Origin: a bacterium | GTDB lineage: Bacteria > Omnitrophota > Gorgyraeia > Zapsychrales > Zapsychraceae | DNA length: 64,000 nucleotides | NCBI GenBank assembly: GCA_030429765.1 | Contig: JAUIER010000009.1 | Span: 49,941-113,940, forward strand | Direction of reading: 5' to 3' | Shown here: positions 57,401 through 64,000 of the stretch, in pieces | Numbering within the stretch: position 1 is the stretch's first letter | Layout of the letters: every line of letters begins with the position of its first letter | Program-made: the position numbers and the translations under genes | Notes under the pieces: generated by a model | What the model saw: only the letters and a program-made list of their open reading frames with translations | Told to the model about the DNA's origin: nothing | Database searches by the model: none

Positions 57401-60400
57401 GGCAGCTGGGTGATGCTGGCAGAAGGTGGCATGATCGACATTTCATCTGATACCAACTTGACGGCCGGATTCGGTATCACGATTACCGGTGATACCGTGA
57501 GCGTCACAGATCTATATGTGCAAACAGCGGGCGATTCGATGCAGGGATCATTACAGTTTGTCGGAGTGGCAACCGATATCACGACAGCCGCGGGTGAAGA
57601 TCTGACCTTACAACCGGGCGCCGGCGGTGACGTTGTTGTATCCCAATCTCGACTGGGCGTTGGAACGAGCACGCCGGGTGTCAGTACAATTTTAGATTTG
57701 AGCGCGAGTGATCGGGCGCTACGGGTTACGCGACTCACTGATCCAGCGGCGAACATTGCGACACCACGCAATGGTATGATCGCGTACGATTCATCTGATA
57801 ACGAACTGCAGGCGTATGTCAATGGATCATGGGTGATGTTGGCCGAAGGCGGCATGATCGATATTTCTTCCGATACCAATTTGACCGCTGGATTCGGTAT
57901 CACTATCACGGGCGACACAGTGAGCGTGACGGATCTGTATGTTCAAACGGCCGGGGATTCAATGCAGGGATCCTTGCAGTTTGTCGGAGTGGCAACCGAT
58001 ATCACGACGGCCGCGGGTGAAGATCTGACCTTGCAACCGGGTGCCGGGGGTGACGTCGTTGTGTCACAATCCCGTTTAGGTGTTGGAACCAGCACGCCGG
58101 ATGTGAGTACCATACTTGACTTGAGCGCGACTGATCGCGCGCTGCGTGTCACTCGATTAAGTGATCCATCGACGGATATCGCGACACCGCGTAACGGTAT
58201 GATCGTCTACGACTCGACCGATGCCGAACTGCAAGCGTATGTGGGTGGTAGTTGGGTGATGCTCGCTGAGGGCGGCATGATCGATATCTCCGATGACACC
58301 AACCTAACGGCTGGATTCGGCATCACCATCACGGGTGATACGATCAGCGTGACGGATCTCTACCTACAAACAGCCGGTGATTCCATGAGCGGGACATTGC
58401 AGATGGCGCAATTGTCAGATCCGACCATGACGTTCACACCATCCGGTGCGGATACAGATTTCTGGATCGGCGTACAGGACAATAACAATAATACCAATGA
58501 TGATTCCTTCCAAATCGGCGCGGGAAGTACGGCCGGTTCTAATTCTTATTTCGCGATTACATCCGACGGGACAATCGATATTAGCGGCGCGACGCTACTC
58601 AAACTACCGGCGTCGGCTTCTCCGGTATTGCCAACATCGGCAGGTGAGGTTGTGCTGGATCTTAACGCCCTAAGCGGAACAACCGGACAAGGATTGCTGA
58701 CGGTCTCCGATGGTCGACAGCAAACGTATGTTGTAGCGACAGATACACTCCCGCCGGCCGACGGACGAATACCAAAATACGACGCGGCCAGCGGTACGAT
58801 TCAGTGGTTGCCGGATAACGATACCGGCTTCCCGGCATGGGATTCTATCCAGGATGCCTCCGGACAGGGAACAATTGATTATCTGACATTCTCGCAACGC
58901 ATTGAAACCAGTATTACCGACGGTACGGGCGGTATCGGTCTTGAATTGCGATCGACGGATCTGGGTGTCGGTACGTCGGATGTGGTCTTGTTAGATCTGC
59001 AGGCGCAGCAGAATGATGATCCGAACTTTGTTCCATTACGTATTCGGGACGACATCGGCGGAACAGCGGATACGCTGGTTGAAGTGGATTATCAAGGTAG
59101 TATCTTGACGGAAGGTACGTTGCGGGTTGCGGCGGATGCGGACCCATCCATCACCTTTGAACCATCGGGTGGCGACACGAATTTCTGGTTAGGCGTTCAG
59201 GATGATGCAGGCGGAGATGACGATGATGTCTTCCAAATCGGTGAAGGTACCGTCGGTGGTAATATTTACTTGACCGTTGATTCCAACGGACGTATTGGGG
59301 TTGGAACATCAACGCCGGCGCTCAGTTCATTGCTAGACCTATCCGCCACAGATGCGGCACTGCGTATCACACGCGTTAGTGATCCATCCGTTAACATTGC
59401 GACACCGCGTAACGGTATGATCGTCTATGATTCGACCGACAATGAACTTCAAGCCTATATTAATGGAAGCTGGGTGATGCTGGCCGAAGGCGGCATGATT
59501 GATATCTCTGATGATACCAACTTGACGGCAGGTTTTGGTATTACGATCACAGGCGACACGGTGAGCGTGACAGATCTATATGTTCAATCCGCGGGTGATT
59601 CGATGAGCGGATCATTGCAATTCGTCGGAGTTGATTCAGATATCACCACGGGTACAGGTGAAGATCTGGCCTTGATGCCGGATTCAGGACGTGTCGGTGT
59701 TGGAACGACATCACCGGATGCCGGTGCGATTCTTGATCTAAGCGCGACGGACAAAGCGCTTCGGTTAACTCGTCTAAGTGATCCTTCAACAGATATCGCC
59801 GTTCCACGCAATGGTATGATTGTCTACGATTCGACGGATGCGGAACTGCAAGCGTATGTGGGTGGTAGTTGGGTAATGCTGGCTGAAGGGGGCATGATCG
59901 ATATCTCCGATGATACCAACTTGACGGCTGGATTCGGTATCACGATTACCGGCGACACGGTCAGTGTCACAGATTTATATGTTCAGACAGCCGGTGATTC
60001 GATGACAGGATCATTGCAATTCGTCGGGGTGGCCAGTGACATCATCACGGCCACGGGTGAAGATCTGACCTTGCGACCGGGAACCGGCGGTGATGTGGTT
60101 GTCGCCCAATCGCGTTTGGGTGTCGGAACCAGCACACCGGGTGTGAGTACGATTCTTGATTTGAGCGCGACGGACCGCGCGCTACGCGTCACACGCTTGA
60201 GTGATCCGACCACCGACGTGGTAACGCCGCGTAATGGTATGATCGCCTATGACTCAACGGATAATGAATTGATGGCGTACATCAACGGATCATGGCAGAT
60301 GCTGGCTGAAGGCGGCATGATCGATATCTCTGATGATACGAACTTGACGGCCGGCTTTGGTATTACGATCACAGGCGACACGGTGAGCGTGACCGATCTA

Positions 60401-63400
60401 TATGTTCAGACAGCCGGAGATTCGATGAGCGGATCATTACAGTTTGTCGGGGTTGATTCGGATATCACCACCGGAACCGGTGAAGATTTGGCGTTGATGC
60501 CGGATTCAGGACGTGTCGGTGTTGGAACGACATCGCCGGATGCCGGAGCGATTCTTGATCTAAGTGCGACGGACAAAGCGCTTCGGTTAACTCGTCTGAG
60601 TGATCCTTCAACAGACATCGCCGTTCCACGTAACGGTATGATCGTCTATGACTCGACGGACGCGGAACTGCAAGCGTATGTGGGTGGTAGTTGGGTAATG
60701 CTGGCTGAAGGGGGCATGATCGATATCTCTGACGATACCAACTTGACGGCAGGTTTTGGTATTACGATTACAGGTGATACGGTGAGTGTCACAGATTTAT
60801 ATGTTCAGACAGCCGGTGATTCGATGACAGGATCATTGCAATTCGTCGGGGTGGCCAGTGACATCATCACGGCCACGGGTGAAGATCTGACCTTGCGACC
60901 GGGAACGGGCGGTGATGTGGTTGTCGCCCAATCGCGCTTGGGTGTCGGAACCAGCACACCGGGTGTGAGTACGATCCTTGATTTGAGCGCCGCGGACCGC
61001 GCGTTACGCGTCACCCGGCTCACAGATCCGTCGGCCAATATTGCCACACCGCTGAACGGTATGATCGCCTACGATTCAACAGACGATGAATTACAAGCGT
61101 ATGTCAACGGATCATGGGTGATGCTGGCCGAAGGCGGCATGATCGATATCTCCGATGATACCAACTTGACGGCAGGTTTTGGTATTACGATCACTGGTGA
61201 CACCGTGAGCGTGACCGATCTTTATGTTCAAACCGCGGGTGATTCGATGACAGGATCATTGCAGTTCGTCGGGGTGGCCAGTGACATCATCACGGCCGCA
61301 GGTGAAGATCTGACCTTACGACCGGGAACCGGCGGTGATGTGGTTGTCGCGCAATCGCGCTTGGGTGTCGGAACCAGCACGCCGGGCGTGAGTACGATCC
61401 TTGATTTGAGCGCCGCGGACCGAGCGTTACGCGTCACACGGCTCACAGATCCATCGGCCAATATTGCCACACCGCTGAATGGTATGATCGCCTATGATTC
61501 AACAGACAATGAATTACAAGCATATGTCAACGGATCATGGGTGATGCTGGCTGAAGGTGGAATGATCGATATCTCAGATGATACGAATTTGACAGCTGGA
61601 TTTGGTATCACCATTACAGGTGATACGATCAGTGTCACGGATCTGTATGTTCAAACAGCCGGTGATTCGATGACCGGTACATTACAATTCGTCGGTGTCA
61701 CAAATGATATCACCACCGCGACGGGCGAGGATTTGACATTACGTCCGGGAACCGGCGGTGATGTGGTGATTAGTCAGGGGACATTGACCTTCGACGGTGT
61801 GACGACTGATATCGCGACATCAGCCGGTGAAGATCTCACCATTCAGCCGGGAACCGGCGGTGATGTGATTGTGTCGCAATCGCGATTGGGTGTTGGTACA
61901 ACCGCGCCGGATGTAAGTACCATTTTGGATCTAAGCGCGACGGACCGAGCGCTACGCGTCACGCGATTGACTGATCCGTCCGCCAACATTGCCACACCAC
62001 GCAACGGTATGATCGTCTATGACTCTACGGACAACGAATTACAGGCGTATGTCAACGGATCATGGGTGATGCTGGCTGAGGGTGGCATGATCGACATCTC
62101 CGATGATACCAACTTGACGGCAGGTTTTGGTATTACGATCACGGGTGACACGGTAAGCGTTACGGATCTGTATGTTCAAACCGCCGGTGATTCGATGAGC
62201 GGATCATTACAGTTTGTCGGCGTTGATTCCGATATCACAACCGGCACAGGTGAAGATTTGGCCTTAATGCCGGATTCAGGTCGAGTGGGTGTTGGAACGA
62301 CATCACCGGATGCGGGAGCTATTCTTGACTTAAGTGCAACAGACAAGGCGCTTCGGTTAACTCGTCTGAGTGATCCTTCAACAGACATCGCGGTTCCACG
62401 TAACGGTATGATCGTCTATGACTCGACGGATGCGGAACTGCAAGCGTATGTGGGCGGCAGTTGGGTGATGCTGGCCGAAGGCGGCATGATCGATATCTCC
62501 GACGACACCAACCTCACGGCTGGCTTTGGTATTACGATTACCGGTGACACGGTCAGCGTCACGGATCTGTATGTTCAAACCGCCGGTGATTCGATGAGCG
62601 GCACGTTGCAGATGGCGCAATTGACTGATCCGTCGATCACCTTTACGCCGGACGGGGCCGACAGTGACTTCTGGGTAGGTGTTCAAGACAATGATAACGC
62701 TGCGAATGACGATGTCTTCCAGATCGGCGCCGGCAGCACTCCGGGCACCAATGCCTACTTCGCGATAACCACGGACGGAACCATCGACCTAAGCGGTTCA
62801 ACACTCGTTAAATTACCAAGCGGACCAACACCGGTGCTTCCACTGTCAGCGGGTGAAATTGTGCTTGATACCAATTTCTACTCCGCCAATCAGGGGGCGC
62901 TTCGACTATTTGATGGAACACAAGAAGCTCATGTCGTCAGTGTGACAGGCGGTCTTCCGGGTGATCAATTTGTTCCAAAATATTCATCGGGTACCGGTCT
63001 CATCACATGGCAAGCTGATGCGGATAGCGGGGCGCCGGCTTGGAATGCGATACTGGATGCGTCGGCTGTGGGAACAATTGACTTCAGGACATTTGAACAA
63101 CGCTTGGAAACCAGTATTACCGACGGTGTCGGCGGAACGGGATTGACATTGCGCGCGACAGATTTGGGAGTCGGTACCAGTGACGTGATTATGCTTGATA
63201 TCGACGCGTCGGCCGATGATGATCCAAACTTCATTCCATTGCGGATCACCGACAACACGAGTGCAGAGACTCTAATGGAGGTAGACTATCAAGGTAGTAT
63301 TCTCACCGAAGGAACCATCCGTGTGGCCGCGGACGCGGATCCGACCGTAACGTTTGAGCCGTCAGCCGGAGATACCAACTTCTGGTTGGGTGTTCAGGAT

Positions 63401-64000
63401 GATGCCGGTGGTGACGATGACGATCTCTTCCAGATTGGAGAAGGTGCGGCCGGCGGAAATGTTTATCTGACCATCGATTCAAATGGTCGTATCGGGGTCG
63501 GGACGACCGCGCCAGGTGCGAGTACCTTGCTGGATCTGTCCGCAACCGACGCGGCGCTTCGTATTACCCGCGTGAGCGATCCATCGGTCAACATCGCTTC
63601 GCCGCAGAACGGTATGATCGTTTATGATTCAACCGATAATGAATTGCAGGCCTACATTGGCGGCAGTTGGGTGATGCTGGCCGAAGGCGGTATGATTGAT
63701 ATCTCTGACGATACAAACTTGACGGCCGGATTTGGTATTACCTTGACCGGTGACACGGTGAGCGTGACGGATCTGTATGTTCAAACCGCCGGTGATTCGA
63801 TGAGTGGTTCACTACAATTTGTGGGCGTTGACTCGGATATCACCACCGGAACGGGTGAAGATCTGGCCTTGATGCCGGATTCAGGTCGAGTGGGTGTTGG
63901 TACGACATCACCGGATGCCGGAGCGATTCTTGATCTAAGTGCAACGGACAAAGCGCTTCGCCTGACACGCTTAAGTGATCCTTCAATAGACATTGCCGTC
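54443..64000 (+). CDS. Giant secreted tandem-repeat protein (putative surface/adhesin-like), 5' complete and 3' truncated by window end (more than 3180 aa in window)
   Basis: The frame (position = 2 mod 3) is open from the stop at 54404-54406 to nt 64000 with no stop. The predicted start is TTG 54443 with AAAGGA upstream. The signal peptide is KRKSKIWLIRLLAILWMGVASLYMSTAAFA|Q. A unique N-domain follows, then repeats. The gene is absent from the ORF track because it has no stop. Confidence 0.85.
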   Translation, partial: MLKRKSKIWLIRLLAILWMGVASLYMSTAAFAQLDIEAIFDTNDGTSGFDMQDVDNTTQVFIDSDGNIVTRGCVRLDSGLTECTDSETLIVDGTLGVGVVAPATVFHVDSNAGAATPIMTVENTVGDFQVHIFSGSPESNVIGSPGDLCVDPAGGMVYIKSAGAGTNTGWTEVATGGGMPQWTQTGTVVHPNTMSDDVAIGGTSEATAEVFFRNDGQTVFNEQGRAVSFRIEGDNVPNLFVVNGTLDRIGIGTSTPDAAAILDLSATNAALRLTRLSDPSTDIAVPRNGMIVYDSTDAELQAYVGGSWIMLAAGGMIDISSDTNLTAGFGITLTGDTVSVTDLYVQTAGDSMQGSLQFVGVGSDITTGTGEDLALMPDSGRVGIGVTAPDAGAILDLSATDKALRLTRLSDPATDIAVPRNGMIVYDSTDAELQAYVGGSWVMLAEGGMIDISSDTNLTAGFGITITGDTISVTDLYVQTAGDSMQGSLQFVGVGSDITTGTGEDLALMPDSGRVGIGVTAPDAGAILDLSATDKALRLTRLSDPSTDIAVPRNGMIVYDSTDAELQAYVGGSWVMLAEGGMIDISSDTNLTAGFGITITGDTVSVTDLYVQTAGDSMQGTLQFVGVATDITTAAGEDLTLQPGTGGDVVVSQSRLGVGTSTPGVSTILDLSATDRALRVTRLSDPSTDIVTPRNGMIVYDSTDAELQAYVGGSWVMLAEGGMIDISSDTNLTAGFGITITGDTVSVTDLYLQTAGDSMQGSLEFAGVATDIITSAGEDLTLQPGTGGDVVVSQSRLGVGTSTPGVSTILDLSATDRALRVTRLSDPTTDVATPRNGMIAYDSTDNELMAYINGSWQMLAEGGMIDISSDTNLTAGFGITITGDTVSVTDLYVQTAGDSMQGSLQFVGVGSDITTGTGEDLALMPGSGRVGIGVTAPDAGAILDLSATDKALRLTRLSDPSTDIAVPRNGMIVYDSTDAELQAYVGGSWVMLAEGGMIDISSDTNLTAGFGITITGDTVSVTDLYVQTAGDSMQGSLQFVGVATDITTAAGEDLTLQPGAGGDVVVSQSRLGVGTSTPGVSTILDLSASDRALRVTRLTDPAANIATPRNGMIAYDSSDNELQAYVNGSWVMLAEGGMIDISSDTNLTAGFGITITGDTVSVTDLYVQTAGDSMQGSLQFVGVATDITTAAGEDLTLQPGAGGDVVVSQSRLGVGTSTPDVSTILDLSATDRALRVTRLSDPSTDIATPRNGMIVYDSTDAELQAYVGGSWVMLAEGGMIDISDDTNLTAGFGITITGDTISVTDLYLQTAGDSMSGTLQMAQLSDPTMTFTPSGADTDFWIGVQDNNNNTNDDSFQIGAGSTAGSNSYFAITSDGTIDISGATLLKLPASASPVLPTSAGEVVLDLNALSGTTGQGLLTVSDGRQQTYVVATDTLPPADGRIPKYDAASGTIQWLPDNDTGFPAWDSIQDASGQGTIDYLTFSQRIETSITDGTGGIGLELRSTDLGVGTSDVVLLDLQAQQNDDPNFVPLRIRDDIGGTADTLVEVDYQGSILTEGTLRVAADADPSITFEPSGGDTNFWLGVQDDAGGDDDDVFQIGEGTVGGNIYLTVDSNGRIGVGTSTPALSSLLDLSATDAALRITRVSDPSVNIATPRNGMIVYDSTDNELQAYINGSWVMLAEGGMIDISDDTNLTAGFGITITGDTVSVTDLYVQSAGDSMSGSLQFVGVDSDITTGTGEDLALMPDSGRVGVGTTSPDAGAILDLSATDKALRLTRLSDPSTDIAVPRNGMIVYDSTDAELQAYVGGSWVMLAEGGMIDISDDTNLTAGFGITITGDTVSVTDLYVQTAGDSMTGSLQFVGVASDIITATGEDLTLRPGTGGDVVVAQSRLGVGTSTPGVSTILDLSATDRALRVTRLSDPTTDVVTPRNGMIAYDSTDNELMAYINGSWQMLAEGGMIDISDDTNLTAGFGITITGDTVSVTDLYVQTAGDSMSGSLQFVGVDSDITTGTGEDLALMPDSGRVGVGTTSPDAGAILDLSATDKALRLTRLSDPSTDIAVPRNGMIVYDSTDAELQAYVGGSWVMLAEGGMIDISDDTNLTAGFGITITGDTVSVTDLYVQTAGDSMTGSLQFVGVASDIITATGEDLTLRPGTGGDVVVAQSRLGVGTSTPGVSTILDLSAADRALRVTRLTDPSANIATPLNGMIAYDSTDDELQAYVNGSWVMLAEGGMIDISDDTNLTAGFGITITGDTVSVTDLYVQTAGDSMTGSLQFVGVASDIITAAGEDLTLRPGTGGDVVVAQSRLGVGTSTPGVSTILDLSAADRALRVTRLTDPSANIATPLNGMIAYDSTDNELQAYVNGSWVMLAEGGMIDISDDTNLTAGFGITITGDTISVTDLYVQTAGDSMTGTLQFVGVTNDITTATGEDLTLRPGTGGDVVISQGTLTFDGVTTDIATSAGEDLTIQPGTGGDVIVSQSRLGVGTTAPDVSTILDLSATDRALRVTRLTDPSANIATPRNGMIVYDSTDNELQAYVNGSWVMLAEGGMIDISDDTNLTAGFGITITGDTVSVTDLYVQTAGDSMSGSLQFVGVDSDITTGTGEDLALMPDSGRVGVGTTSPDAGAILDLSATDKALRLTRLSDPSTDIAVPRNGMIVYDSTDAELQAYVGGSWVMLAEGGMIDISDDTNLTAGFGITITGDTVSVTDLYVQTAGDSMSGTLQMAQLTDPSITFTPDGADSDFWVGVQDNDNAANDDVFQIGAGSTPGTNAYFAITTDGTIDLSGSTLVKLPSGPTPVLPLSAGEIVLDTNFYSANQGALRLFDGTQEAHVVSVTGGLPGDQFVPKYSSGTGLITWQADADSGAPAWNAILDASAVGTIDFRTFEQRLETSITDGVGGTGLTLRATDLGVGTSDVIMLDIDASADDDPNFIPLRITDNTSAETLMEVDYQGSILTEGTIRVAADADPTVTFEPSAGDTNFWLGVQDDAGGDDDDLFQIGEGAAGGNVYLTIDSNGRIGVGTTAPGASTLLDLSATDAALRITRVSDPSVNIASPQNGMIVYDSTDNELQAYIGGSWVMLAEGGMIDISDDTNLTAGFGITLTGDTVSVTDLYVQTAGDSMSGSLQFVGVDSDITTGTGEDLALMPDSGRVGVGTTSPDAGAILDLSATDKALRLTRLSDPSIDIAV
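55180..64000 (+). repeat. In-frame tandem coding repeats: 399-nt (133-aa) and 423-nt (141-aa) units, 822-nt dimers, and a 4209-nt higher-order super-repeat
   Basis: DLYVQTAGDSMQGSLQFVG recurs at 55471, 55870 and 56269 (a 399-nt period), then at 56691 (a 423-nt period). The large module MSGTLQMAQLSDP... recurs at 58401 and 62610 (4209 nt = 1403 codons). Near-identical units lie 822 nt apart. Confidence 0.9.

Noticed and set aside
55090-63993. About 25 small minus-strand ORFs of 60-175 aa with repetitive sequences (MSVDGSLKRVKRRALSVALKSR..., MKCRSCRLQPASPNCRRH... and similar)
   Set aside because: They are antisense and out-of-frame read-throughs of the giant + strand repeat gene. They repeat with the same 399/423/822-nt periodicity, and the + frame is fully open.

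Overview
This is a bacterial chromosomal window of about 50% GC, probably from an uncultivated lineage. All genes but one run on the + strand. Positions 1-52.6 kb are mostly housekeeping, in this order: smc 3' end; a convergent GAF-GGDEF cyclase; a cvpA-like gene; NIF3(yqfO)-dnaG-rpoD; two secreted proteins, one carrying a RelA/SpoT-type HD domain; tRNA-Met; a Zn-ribbon protein, rnhA and rnpB (RNase P RNA); yebC-ruvC-ruvA-scpB; an aromatic amino-acid block pheA-hisC-aroF-tyrA; cmk-lepA-lepB-plsY; dsbD and a redoxin; a GH15 hydrolase; two tandem TMTC-like membrane TPR glycosyltransferase-like proteins; a PfkB kinase; response regulators; lexA; a SPOR protein; a GT39/GT2/LAB_N glycolipid module; a CheY-like/CheX-like pair; pckA; and a periplasmic thiol-redox cluster (DsbA-like, DoxX, a signal-peptide MEMO-AMMECR1 fusion, HTTM-DCC). 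Positions 52.7-64 kb are accessory. They hold a REP-associated tyrosine transposase (RAYT, IS200-like) embedded in arrays of degenerate short palindromes and 16-nt direct repeats. Immediately downstream a giant + strand reading frame opens at about 54.44 kb and runs without a stop past the window end, more than 3180 codons. The six-frame track does not list it because it has no stop. It encodes a signal peptide, a unique N-terminal domain, then ~133/141-aa tandem repeats organised in a 4209-nt (1403-aa) higher-order super-repeat. This giant gene plus its RAYT/REP neighbourhood is the most unusual element. The many small minus-strand ORFs over 55-64 kb are antisense artefacts of that repeat gene.
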